This document shows, one piece after another, positions 1 through 8,752 of a stretch of 64,000 bases of DNA. Source of the stretch: an uncultured archaeon (GTDB lineage: Archaea; Altiarchaeota; Altiarchaeia; JAFGQM01); the NCBI GenBank assembly GCA_964592405.1, contig CAZQBY010000003.1, forward strand, positions 1 through 64,000, written 5' to 3'. The translations under genes and the position numbers were made by a program. The notes under the pieces are model-generated. The model had not been told where the DNA came from and did not search any database. It saw only the letters and a program-made list of their open reading frames with translations. Within the stretch, counting starts at the first letter, position 1. Each line of letters begins with the position of its first letter.

Positions 1-169
1 CACGTGCCAAGCTGCGCTGCATCCTGAAAAACACACCAGCAGGGGCGCTTTTCTCATTTTCCGGCCTATCTCGCGCATTTACCCTACCCCTAAATGATGC
101 GCGCGCAGAGGGCTCACGCCGGGTGAACTGGCCTCCCCAGGGGCCCGCACCGCGAGCTCAATTTTTGGA

Positions 170-295
170 ATTTCAAAGATTTACAAAATTAATATAATCT
201 AGTATAATCTTTTAATAAGTTCTATTTAAAGATATTTCTTAGAGAAAACTCTTTTAATTAATATCTATTAATAAATACTCTTAAAAAGAATTTTA
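170..295. other. AT-rich island (non-coding)
   Basis: Almost purely A/T against a ~50% GC background; shares AGATATTT, AGAAAACT and TATTAATAAATA words with the island at 1300-1555. Confidence 0.7.
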
Positions 296-706
296 TTCAT
301 TAGGCTTATCTAATTGACTTTGTTCCCCTCCAGTACTCTGCTCCACCTTCTTGACAGTCCGCGAGAGGCGGGCCAGAGCAGACGAAAACCGGGTAAAATT
401 GAGGCGATACCTGCCGGTTTTTAGGTATTTTCCCTCACTGGATATAAGGCCTATGGTCTCCAGATCCTTGAGAGTCCTCTCGACAGTTGCCTTGCTGAAT
501 CCCTCTTTCCCAAGCTCCTCAATTATGGCGCCCCTTCGCGAATTTGGGTGCTGTAAGAGCATCTCGGCTATTCTGACACCACAGTCCTGTCGCAGCCTGC
601 TGTCCAGAAAGAGCGTCACAATATCCCTGAGATCCCGCGATTCATAGGCCTTGTGCCAGTCGAACATTTTGAGCCGATTTTCAAGTGCCTCAAAAAATTG
701 AGGCAC
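293..706 (-). CDS. Winged helix-turn-helix DNA-binding protein (true start may be ATG at 667)
   Basis: wHTH-like pattern IIEELGKEGFSKATVERTLKDLETIGLISSEG...GRYRL. Confidence 0.7.
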   Translation of the reverse strand: MPQFFEALENRLKMFDWHKAYESRDLRDIVTLFLDSRLRQDCGVRIAEMLLQHPNSRRGAIIEELGKEGFSKATVERTLKDLETIGLISSEGKYLKTGRYRLNFTRFSSALARLSRTVKKVEQSTGGEQSQLDKPNE

Positions 707-881
707 TCAAGATATATCGTTTGGAGCAGCAGATAGTTGCTGCCTCAGAAAACTGAGGCTTTTTTAAAGCATGCTCGAATACCCCGGATAAAACACCATA
801 TATACTATTATAGAAGGGCATTTGAGCTCCACCCCCTTATAACCTATGCAGTTTTTTGATAGTGCCTCAGAAAACTGAGGC
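684..881. promoter_or_regulatory. Three copies of palindrome GCCTCA(G/A)-AAAA-(C/T)TGAGGC (684-707, 742-759, 861-881); probable operator or initiator binding sites
   Basis: AGTGCCTCAA-AAAA-TTGAGGCACT; GCCTCAG-AAAA-CTGAGGC; AGTGCCTCAG-AAAA-CTGAGGC read directly from the sequence. Confidence 0.75.
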
Positions 882-900
882 TTTTTAATATAAGCAAACC

Positions 901-1278
901 CTATTTTTCAGCCTTATTTTCCTCATCTACCCCGCCCTCTTCGGGAGATTCAGCAGATTCCTCGGTTTTGAGTCTCTCAGCCCTCCGGTTTCTATTTTCA
1001 AGTGACTCATGCACATTTTTAAGGGTCATCTCCAATCCTTCAAGGTGATGAGCTACCTGCTGACCCAGTTCAGTTAATCTGATATATTTGGTCCTGCCCT
1101 CTCTCTCGCTCTCCACCAGACCATATCCCTCCAGCTTCTGGATCACCCTGACTATGTGTGAATAAGTTGCAGCAAGCGCCTTAGAAATATCTGCCGGATA
1201 AGTTTTCTCAGCCTTGGCCATCTCCAGCAAAACCCTGGCCGGTTTGTCCTGAAGAAAGAAGCCCAAGATGTCCTCCAT
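901..1278 (-). CDS. MarR/ArsR-like winged-helix transcriptional regulator
   Basis: TYPADISKALAATYSHIVRVIQKLEGYGLVESEREGRTKYIRLTELG is a typical archaeal wHTH. Confidence 0.85.
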   Translation of the reverse strand: MEDILGFFLQDKPARVLLEMAKAEKTYPADISKALAATYSHIVRVIQKLEGYGLVESEREGRTKYIRLTELGQQVAHHLEGLEMTLKNVHESLENRNRRAERLKTEESAESPEEGGVDEENKAEK

Positions 1279-1299
1279 TTTCCGATATTGTTACGGCAC

Positions 1300-1555
1300 A
1301 GTCTTTAAAAACCTTTCATTTGATAGTTTATTATGAATAACATGCTTTTTATAGGAATTTTCAAATAGATATTTATTAATTGAATTCGCTAGAAAACTAA
1401 CTTATTAATAAATATTTTATAATAGGATTAAATTATAATAATCTATTAATCAACATATAAATTTTCATCAATTTTTCCTTATTTTGCCGAATTCTGTGAT
1501 AACATAATGTGAGAGTTTATAGGATAAGGTTCTTAAGATGAAAAAACATAATTAA
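1300..1555. other. AT-rich island / divergent promoter region
   Basis: ~250 bp very AT-rich intergenic stretch between divergent genes. Confidence 0.7.
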
Positions 1556-1562
1556 GGACAAA

Positions 1563-2708
1563 ATGCCGAATTTGCCTTCCCGGACCATGGATGCCTACAA
1601 GCGATATATGGACGCGACCAGCGACAGCGAGAGACTTAGATACCTTGAGGAGTATATATCCAGTATACCCAAGCACAAGGGGACCGAGAAGGAGAGGGGT
1701 ATGCTCAAGCGCAAGCTGGCCCTCCTGCGTGAGAGTTTGGAGAGGAAGGCCAAGTCGGGCAGAGGGAGGGAGATAAACGTGAGAAAGCAGGGCTCTGCCC
1801 AGATTGTGTTGGCCGGCTTCCCGAACGCCGGCAAGTCCAGCCTGCTGTGCGAGATAACCAACGCGGATGTGAGGGTTGCGTCCTACGCCTTCACGACGCT
1901 GGAGCCAAACGTGGGGATGCTGGAGCTGGGTGATGTGAGCCTTCAGCTGGTCGACCTGCCGGGCCTGATAAGCGGCGCTGCGGAAAACAGGGGCATGGGG
2001 AGGCGGTTTTTGACAGTCATGCGCAACGCGGACATCATCGCCCTCTTCCTGGCCATGGACGACAAGCCCCTGAAGCGCCTTGAGACGCTCATGGAGGAGT
2101 TCGATGCAGCCGGCATAAGGCTCAATCAGGAGAGGCCGGATGTCAGAGTCTACAAAAAGGACCGCGGTGGAATCAACCTGCTGGGAGCGCACCTTTTGCG
2201 CGCGGACAGGCAGGATGCCATTGAAACATGCCGCGACTTCGGCATACTAAACGCCGACGTGCGCATAAACCGGCCCATGGGGCTGGAGGACTTCGTGGAC
2301 GCGATAGACAAGAGCACGGTTTGGAAGAAGGCATTTGTCATCCTGAACAAGACGGATCTGGCGGAGCCGAAAGAGGTCAAGCGGGTGGTCAAGCTGATAA
2401 AGGCGCGCTACAATCTCCCGACGCTGCCCGTGTCGGTCAAAGAGAAGAAGAACATGGAGGGGCTGAAGCAGGCCATATGGGACATATCCGGGCTGATGCG
2501 CATCTATACGGTTACGTCGCCTGACTCCGACCCCCTAGTCGTCCCTGAGGGCTCCACGGTTCTGGAGGTGGCCACCAAGATACACACAGACTTCGCCAAG
2601 AAGTTCAAATATGCGCGCGTCTGGGGCAAGAGTGTCAAGTACGACGGCCAAAGAGTCGGCAAGGGCCACGTGCTGCAGGAAGGGGACATTATCGAGCTGA
2701 ATGCCTAA
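1563..2708 (+). CDS. DRG/OBG-family GTP-binding protein with C-terminal TGS domain
   Basis: GFPNAGKS (G1), YAFTTL (G2), DLPGL (G3), NKTD (G4), KHKGTEK N-terminus, TGS motif HxDFAKKFKYARVWG. Confidence 0.95.
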   Translation: MPNLPSRTMDAYKRYMDATSDSERLRYLEEYISSIPKHKGTEKERGMLKRKLALLRESLERKAKSGRGREINVRKQGSAQIVLAGFPNAGKSSLLCEITNADVRVASYAFTTLEPNVGMLELGDVSLQLVDLPGLISGAAENRGMGRRFLTVMRNADIIALFLAMDDKPLKRLETLMEEFDAAGIRLNQERPDVRVYKKDRGGINLLGAHLLRADRQDAIETCRDFGILNADVRINRPMGLEDFVDAIDKSTVWKKAFVILNKTDLAEPKEVKRVVKLIKARYNLPTLPVSVKEKKNMEGLKQAIWDISGLMRIYTVTSPDSDPLVVPEGSTVLEVATKIHTDFAKKFKYARVWGKSVKYDGQRVGKGHVLQEGDIIELNA

Positions 2709-3107
2709 GTACCTCCAAGAACGCTTTTGGACTTACTAATTTAATTCCCGCATACTCTTTCATTCTCAGCAGATGACTATCGCCAGTAACTATGTAATCT
2801 GCGCGCGATTCCATGCCACACTCCATTATTTTATTGTCGTCTGGGTCGTCCTTCACAACTTTTAATCTGGCAGATGGAGTGCATATCTCGGATACCTCGA
2901 ACAGCAAATATGTCAGGTTTTGATATCATCGGCGGGCGCAGAGAACTTTTTGGAAAGCCTATCTGCCACCTCTTTGATGATTTCAGGTGACAGGCAAATA
3001 TCAAAATCACCAGAGATTCCCCTCTCGAGCACTTCATTCGGCGCGCCCCTCCAGAAATAGGTCGAGATTATCACATTCGTGTCCAAAACTGCCCTTGGCT
3101 TAGTCAT
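2689..3107 (-). pseudogene. vapC: PIN-domain VapC-type toxin, frameshifted
   Basis: N-half VLDTNVIIS (2913-3107) and C-half DPDDNKIMEC..ADYIVTGDSHLL (2689-2907) are in different frames; one extra A in the A4 run (T4 at 2918-2921 on +) restores a single ORF. Confidence 0.8.
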
Positions 3108-3339
3108 CCTCCATCACGTCTTCAGGGGTTATACCATGCTCCTCGGCGAATCTTCCGCCACGCTCGCATAATCTCCTGAATTCTTCGATAGGGGGCATTC
3201 GGACTCTTTTGAATATTATGGTGTCACGGTCCCCGTATACGGCAAATTTATCCCCTGCTTTTATCTTAAGACCCTGCCTGATTCCCTGCGGAATGACAAC
3301 TTGCCCCTTCGGAGACATAGTAGTGATTTCAACTTTCAT
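3100..3339 (-). CDS. AbrB/MazE/SpoVT-family antitoxin (VapB-type)
   Basis: TTMSPKGQVVIPQGIRQGLKIKAGDKFAV motif; overlaps the PIN gene start. Confidence 0.9.
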   Translation of the reverse strand: MKVEITTMSPKGQVVIPQGIRQGLKIKAGDKFAVYGDRDTIIFKRVRMPPIEEFRRLCERGGRFAEEHGITPEDVMEDD

Positions 3340-3372
3340 CACTAGTTTTACAATTTTACTAATAAAAATATT

Positions 3373-3759
3373 TTACCTGAATTCCTCCAGCGGCACGTCG
3401 TAGTGCTTGGTCTGCTGCGGATAGACGTGGCGGGTGGTCTTGTGCGGGAAGACCTCTCCTGCGCGCACCTTTGCGCGCACTATGTCCTTGGTTATGGGGA
3501 TGTCCTTCCTGCGCGGATAGACCTCTATCTCCGGGCTGTCGTAGTCCACCAGGCGGCAGAGGATGGTCTTCATCCCCATTCTCTTGAAGGCCTCCACGCG
3601 GTGGTGGCCGTCTAGGATTATGAAGTCCTTCTCATCCGCAAGTATTGGGAACCAGAGGACCCCGGTTCTCCTCAGATGCTGCATCAGCGCCCTCAGTCTC
3701 CCCTCTGTGAACTCCTCATGGGGTTTTAGTCTGTCCAGTGGGACTTTTTCTATCCTCAT
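3373..3759 (-). CDS. ParB/Srx N-terminal domain protein (SerK/SbnI-like)
   Basis: LKPHEE...PILAD...IILDGHHRVEA and C-terminal PHKTTRH. Confidence 0.8.
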   Translation of the reverse strand: MRIEKVPLDRLKPHEEFTEGRLRALMQHLRRTGVLWFPILADEKDFIILDGHHRVEAFKRMGMKTILCRLVDYDSPEIEVYPRRKDIPITKDIVRAKVRAGEVFPHKTTRHVYPQQTKHYDVPLEEFR

Positions 3760-3800
3760 CCTTTAAGTTTAAGGCTAATATTCAATCTCTGCAAACAAAA

Positions 3801-4355
3801 ATGGTAAGAAGACGTATAGTTGAATCACTGGTTAAAGCCATAAAGAAAGGAAGTGTAAGGGATGTTAGGCGTGCCATTGCTCTGGCCCGTAGAGACGATC
3901 CAACATTCAAACTCACCAGTCTGAAGCACGGGCAGGCCACCCCCATGGACATTGCTATTTCTTCAGGAAGGTTGAGAATGGTCCGCCTAATGATGGATGA
4001 GGGCGGCTTCGATGTGACTACGGAGGGCAGGAGTGGTGTGCCAAAGGACAGGATTGGCGATCCAACCACTTCCCTACATCTTGCCGCCCTGAAGGGCCAT
4101 GCAAACATCGTAAAACTGCTGATAGAAAGGGGTGCCAGAGTGGATAGGAGAGGACATCTTGGCGAGACTCCGCTCATGTATGCAGCCTCACAAGGCCATC
4201 TCAAGATTGTCAGGATGCTGCTGGAGAGTGGGGCAGGTAAGGATCCAAGGGAGATAGAGGATGCAATCAGGGTTGCTAGAGAGGGCAGGAGATACAGGGT
4301 GGCCAGCGAGCTGCGCAGATATCTTGAGGCACGGGTACGTAAAACAGGGAGATGA
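3801..4355 (+). CDS. Ankyrin-repeat protein
   Basis: TPMDIA, TSLHLAALKGHANIVKLLIERGA and GETPLMYAASQGHLKIVRMLLESGA repeats. Confidence 0.9.
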   Translation: MVRRRIVESLVKAIKKGSVRDVRRAIALARRDDPTFKLTSLKHGQATPMDIAISSGRLRMVRLMMDEGGFDVTTEGRSGVPKDRIGDPTTSLHLAALKGHANIVKLLIERGARVDRRGHLGETPLMYAASQGHLKIVRMLLESGAGKDPREIEDAIRVAREGRRYRVASELRRYLEARVRKTGR

Positions 4356-4415
4356 CCAGACCTGATTGTCCCAGACTATTTCCATACTTCTTGTTCAGCT
4401 CCCCAGACTGGTGGT

Positions 4416-4667
4416 TCAGAACCTATCATGACCAAACTGGAAGATTAAATCCACTCCCAGCTTCTCCGCTTCCAGCTCCTTCGTGTCGCATGCCCCGTAG
4501 CAGGGGTCGGCGAAGATGACCGTGGTGCAGCCCGTTTTGGCCTCTATCTCACGTGCAACTGAAACCGCTTGCGTCTTCAGCCCCTCTGGAAACTGAAGAC
4601 CGACAAGCTTTGCCTTGGACTTCCTGATTTCCCTGACTATTCTGTCAACCTCAAAGTTGTAGTTCAC
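4416..4667 (-). CDS. dph2: Stand-alone N-terminal domain of diphthamide synthesis protein Dph2 (83 aa)
   Basis: GLQFPEGLK, ADPCYGACD and VDLIFQFGH motifs, then a stop; no continuation recognised in other frames. Confidence 0.75.
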   Translation of the reverse strand: MNYNFEVDRIVREIRKSKAKLVGLQFPEGLKTQAVSVAREIEAKTGCTTVIFADPCYGACDTKELEAEKLGVDLIFQFGHDRF

Positions 4668-5572
4668 TTCAATAGCCCCCTCTCCCTGAAGACCTTAACC
4701 ACCTCGCGGATTCCACTCTCCAAATCCACCTTTGGCTCAAATCCTATGTCACGAATCTTGTCTATGGATATCCTGCGGTTTTTTGTCAGTTTGTCGATAT
4801 ATTCAATAATGGAATCGCCCTTTCCGGTCAGCCTGCCGAAGAATCTGGCAAGAGCAGGACTGACGTGCCTCCCCGGAGGCTCAACGCCAAGGACTCTGGA
4901 TGCAATTTCCATAAACTCCTTCTGGGTCTTGCCGTATGCACCATCCACATTAAAAATCTGGTTTATGGCCCCGGGATTTCGTCTCACCAAGATTAGGGCA
5001 TCCAGCAGGTCCCTGATATGAATCAGGGGTATATAATTGTCTCCATTACCAAGTATCCTCATTTCTCCGTTCTGCAGGCGCTGAAGTACAGATGCAAAAC
5101 CCCTTTCAAAGTCCGGACCATAGACCTGACTTGAACGGAGAACTGTGTATGGCACGCCACTCCTTTTGATGATCTGCTCACAGACAAGCTTTGACCAGCC
5201 ATAGTTGGTGTAGGGATCCGGGGGTGTCTGCTCGGTAATCACCCCGGGGGAGCTGTTGTAGACCGATGTAGTGCTCATAAAGATAAACTGCCGGCAGTCT
5301 TTGCACAGTCTGAGCAGTTGCACGGTTGGCTCGACATTTCGTTCCAGCAGCTCCTCTCTTGAGGCCCTGTAGTCTATGCTGGCTGCAAGATGGTAGACGA
5401 TATCCGTCCTGCCGAGTCGCGTTACCTCAGCCAGTGGGGCAACTATATACTTTACACCATCCAGGTTGCCGTGGCGCGTATCTATAACCGTGACCTGATC
5501 GCCTCCCCTAAGAAGCCGCCTGACCAGATGGCTGCCTATCCTGCCGCATCCGCCTGTTATGAGAACCTTCAT
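4664..5572 (-). CDS. NAD-dependent epimerase/dehydratase (extended SDR)
   Basis: VLITGGCGRIG, YHLAA and YGWSK catalytic motif. Confidence 0.9.
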   Translation of the reverse strand: MKVLITGGCGRIGSHLVRRLLRGGDQVTVIDTRHGNLDGVKYIVAPLAEVTRLGRTDIVYHLAASIDYRASREELLERNVEPTVQLLRLCKDCRQFIFMSTTSVYNSSPGVITEQTPPDPYTNYGWSKLVCEQIIKRSGVPYTVLRSSQVYGPDFERGFASVLQRLQNGEMRILGNGDNYIPLIHIRDLLDALILVRRNPGAINQIFNVDGAYGKTQKEFMEIASRVLGVEPPGRHVSPALARFFGRLTGKGDSIIEYIDKLTKNRRISIDKIRDIGFEPKVDLESGIREVVKVFRERGLLK

Positions 5573-6228
5573 CAGTACCACCCATATATCTTCTTCTGCT
5601 TCTTTTGCGACCCCCACTTCTTCACTTTCAGGCCCTTCAGGATTATGTCGGGGTTGTTCCTGTCCTCAGTGCGCTTGAGGATCTTCTGTGGATTTGTCGA
5701 AACAGCAGCCCTTGCCTCTTCAGTGGTCATGCCGAGAAGAATCCCAAATGCCATCAGGTCCCTTGGTACGCGCAGGCCGTATTTGTCCCTAGATCCGGAG
5801 GTTATCACCATATCACATCCACAGTCACGGCATATACGGACGTTCTGCGCCATACGGCTGAGTATCTGCGCGCGCTTCCTTCCATGTGAGCCAAGAATGT
5901 TTGAGAAATTCAGCTCCACGGCTATGCCCCTTTCAGCACATGCAAGCGCTATGACCCTGTCTATGCCCGAATTGGCCTGATGCATGAAGTCCCTGCCATT
6001 ATGTATCTCCGGCGAACCGATAATATCTACTTCCCAGCACTCGGAAGCCATGCGGTTCAGCGCTTCATCTCCCATAGCGATTATAACATCGGCTTTCGCC
6101 CTAATCCTGCGTACCTCCTGTTGTATATTTTTTGAGCATATTACAATGGGCTTTATAACCTTTGACCAGCCCAGCTTTTCATAAGTTTTCTTCTCCGGAA
6201 ATCCGTTCAGATCGTAGAAATCAGGCAT
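5572..6228 (-). CDS. rnp3: Ribonuclease P protein subunit Rpp30
   Basis: LNRMASEC..VDII, SGIDRVIA..CAERGIAVELNF, VITSGS...LRVPRDL. Confidence 0.85.
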   Translation of the reverse strand: MPDFYDLNGFPEKKTYEKLGWSKVIKPIVICSKNIQQEVRRIRAKADVIIAMGDEALNRMASECWEVDIIGSPEIHNGRDFMHQANSGIDRVIALACAERGIAVELNFSNILGSHGRKRAQILSRMAQNVRICRDCGCDMVITSGSRDKYGLRVPRDLMAFGILLGMTTEEARAAVSTNPQKILKRTEDRNNPDIILKGLKVKKWGSQKKQKKIYGWY

Positions 6229-7003
6229 GGCTGGCTATGAGTGTCCCGACCTCCTGCCCCTCCAAAGCCTTTTTTATCTCGCCGGGTCTCGTTGCATTGA
6301 CTATGCGTATATCATGTGTGAAGGGGAGCATCTCCAGCATGGTCTCAACCTTGTGGAGCATGCCTCCGGTGACGTCCGTATTGCCGGAGCCCTTCACATG
6401 ATGGGCTATTTTGTTGAAGGTATCTGGTGTTATCATGGGTATGGGATTTCCTGTATTGTCCAAGACACCGTCCACATCCGTCCCTATTACCACCCTGCTC
6501 ACATCCAGCTTCTGAGCCAGATAAAGGAAGAGTTTTTCTGTGGACGCTATGCTGCAGCCACGCTCCAAGTCCACAAGGACATCCCCATGAATGACTGGAA
6601 CGGTTCCCAGTTTCAGAAGCTCTTTAAGCATGGATATGTTGAAATCCACTATGTTGTTGTTGATGGCATATGCGGCACTTGACGGCTTGACTGCTATTGC
6701 TGGCACGCCCTCCCTGACGAGGGCTGTAACAAGTATGTGGTTTAGCTCCGCGGCTGCCCTGTGGGTTTCAACCAGATGCTCCAGCTGCCATGCATCCCTT
6801 ATGCCCCTGTGAAGCTCACCTCTTTTTGCCGGCTGGTGCGGGAATGACCCCCCACCATTTCCTATGATTAACTTCAGGCCCTGTATATCTGCCAGTGACT
6901 CCCCTATTTCCTTAGCCAGTCTTCCTATCTCGCTATGGCGCGCAGTATAGGGTTTGGACTTGTCTGTCAGCACTGAGCCCCCAAGCTTTAGAAGTGTTAT
7001 CAT
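6221..7003 (-). CDS. ipk: Isopentenyl phosphate kinase
   Basis: LKLGGSVLTDK, GGGSFPH, PVIHGDV, DVTGGM..K; ATGA overlap with ubiX. Confidence 0.9.
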   Translation of the reverse strand: MITLLKLGGSVLTDKSKPYTARHSEIGRLAKEIGESLADIQGLKLIIGNGGGSFPHQPAKRGELHRGIRDAWQLEHLVETHRAAAELNHILVTALVREGVPAIAVKPSSAAYAINNNIVDFNISMLKELLKLGTVPVIHGDVLVDLERGCSIASTEKLFLYLAQKLDVSRVVIGTDVDGVLDNTGNPIPMITPDTFNKIAHHVKGSGNTDVTGGMLHKVETMLEMLPFTHDIRIVNATRPGEIKKALEGQEVGTLIASHA

Positions 7004-7551
7004 TCTTCCCCCCATCTTTTGTAGAGACTGTTCTCTATGCCCAAAGAGTCCAAAACCTTACCCACGACGAAGTCCACCATGTCGGTTACACTCTCTGGTT
7101 TTGGATAGAAGGCAAGCACCGGTGGTATTATTACACAGCCGGCCTCCCTGCATGCAACCATGTTCCTTAGGTGTATGAGGTCCAGTGGCGCCTCTCTTGG
7201 CACGAGGACGAGCTTCTTGTCCTGCTTGAGCATGACTTCCGCCGCGCGCACTATGAGGTTGTGGGCAATGCCGTTGGCTATTCCCCCAAGTGTTCTCATT
7301 GAACATGGTATGATTACCATGCCATCCATTTTAAATGAGCCACTGGATATTGCAGCCGAGAAATCCTTTTCGTCATAGGACCGGCTGGCCAGCCTGCCCA
7401 AGTCCAGCCCCCCAAGTTCATGTTTTGCTATTTCCCGGGCAGCACCGGAGACAATCAGGTGTCTGTCTATATTCTTTTCCTTAAGTATTTGCAGCAGTCT
7501 CCTGGCCAAGACTATGCCGGAAGCACCAGAAACCCCCACAATGATTTTCAT
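7000..7551 (-). CDS. ubiX: UbiX flavin prenyltransferase
   Basis: IVGVSGASG, ISSGSF, PCSMRTL, LVLVPREAPL, AFYPKP. Confidence 0.95.
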   Translation of the reverse strand: MKIIVGVSGASGIVLARRLLQILKEKNIDRHLIVSGAAREIAKHELGGLDLGRLASRSYDEKDFSAAISSGSFKMDGMVIIPCSMRTLGGIANGIAHNLIVRAAEVMLKQDKKLVLVPREAPLDLIHLRNMVACREAGCVIIPPVLAFYPKPESVTDMVDFVVGKVLDSLGIENSLYKRWGEE

Positions 7552-7589
7552 GCCATTAGTATTTCTGTTAAGAAACATAAAAGAAGCAA

Positions 7590-8339
7590 CTAGCCGGACA
7601 ATCCGCCCGCAAGTATCTTTACTCCAAGCATGAAAAGAACGCCGGTAGTAAAGAAGCCAAACGCCAACATTGCTCTCGACAGGCGGGGCTCTTTGTGAAG
7701 TTCGGGTATAAGGTCGGAAGCGGCAATATAAATAAATCCACCCGCTGCAAATGGCAGGAGGAGTATCCTCAGTTCATCATAAAGCCAGAAATATCCGGCA
7801 AGACCACCAATAACAGCAGTCAGCTGAGAAAGGAAATTGTAGAGGAGGGCTTTCCCTTTTTTCATCCCACCGTGGAGCAGAACAGCAAAGTCGCCTATCT
7901 CCTGCGGCAGCTCGTGGCCCAGTATCAGGAGGGAGGTAACCAGACCCAGTCCTATGTTAGTTATGAAGGCTGCAGAAATGACCAGACCGTCGATGAAGTT
8001 GTGTATGCCATCTCCGATGAGGACCAGATAGCTATAGGTGTGCACATCGCAGGCCCCTCCGGTATGACAGTGATGCCAGTGTAACAGGCGTTCTATGAGG
8101 AAGAATACCGAGAACCCGACAATAAAAACGACCATGGCTATATCTGCCTCCAGCGTCTCCAGCGACTCAACCAGGAGGTGCAACAGACCGCCGCCTATCA
8201 TAACACCTGCAGAGAATGCAACCAAGACAAAGAGCAGGTTCTTGAGTGTTTTGCCCTTGAAGACAAGGGTAAACGCCCCGGCAAAAGCCGCCAATCCGTC
8301 CAGGAGTGTAACCAGCAGTATCCAAAGGAGTGTATCCAT
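7590..8339 (-). CDS. ZIP-family divalent metal transporter
   Basis: DGIHNFIDG, HELPQEIGDF, FIYIAASDLIPELH and a His-rich loop. Confidence 0.95.
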   Translation of the reverse strand: MDTLLWILLVTLLDGLAAFAGAFTLVFKGKTLKNLLFVLVAFSAGVMIGGGLLHLLVESLETLEADIAMVVFIVGFSVFFLIERLLHWHHCHTGGACDVHTYSYLVLIGDGIHNFIDGLVISAAFITNIGLGLVTSLLILGHELPQEIGDFAVLLHGGMKKGKALLYNFLSQLTAVIGGLAGYFWLYDELRILLLPFAAGGFIYIAASDLIPELHKEPRLSRAMLAFGFFTTGVLFMLGVKILAGGLSG

Positions 8340-8368
8340 AGCGTAACTTATAGAGCGGTTTAAATAAG

Positions 8369-8752
8369 TCAGAGTATCCTCACCACATCTCCATCTATCT
8401 CAATCATGTCTCCGGTCTTGATTTTGGAGATGTCTATCCTGTTGACCATGGGTATCTCAGAGATTATGGCCCCCACTGCAACAATGGTCTCACAGTCGCT
8501 GTTTATCATGCCGGCAGGGGCGACGCCGTTCTTCTTGGCGCGGTAGATGCCATAGGAGCCGACTGTGGAGCCCTTTCCGCTGGGGAAGACGAGGATTTTG
8601 CCTGCAAAGCTCTTGCCCTCGAGCTCGTGGCCCTTTTCCGTGACCACCCCTTTCTCAGGGTCCACTCCGCCGTAGAAGGATATCTGGTCCTTTGTGACCA
8701 GTGCTTCCCCCTTCACCCTTCCGCTGAAAACTGCTTTTCCTTTCAGCTCCAT
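8369..8752 (-). CDS. Aconitase X small (swivel, DUF126) subunit / phosphomevalonate dehydratase small subunit
   Basis: GEALVT...ISFYGGVDP..G, GKILVFPSGKGSTVGSY; start reassigned to ATG 8752. Confidence 0.9.
   Translation of the reverse strand: MELKGKAVFSGRVKGEALVTKDQISFYGGVDPEKGVVTEKGHELEGKSFAGKILVFPSGKGSTVGSYGIYRAKKNGVAPAGMINSDCETIVAVGAIISEIPMVNRIDISKIKTGDMIEIDGDVVRIL

Noticed and set aside
1-165. GC-rich hairpins and a possible gene start running off the left edge
   Set aside because: Too little sequence to support a call.
684-881. Three palindromes as a mini CRISPR array or as intrinsic terminators
   Set aside because: Spacing is irregular (55 and 122 bp), the repeats are short and no cas genes are present; the T-tails face the + strand, where no credible gene ends.
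1533-2192. Long antisense and alternate-frame ORFs (e.g. 1533-2192, 11841-12920, 15469-16023, 29736-30404, 36081-36656)
   Set aside because: Shadows of well-supported genes, with no recognisable motifs.
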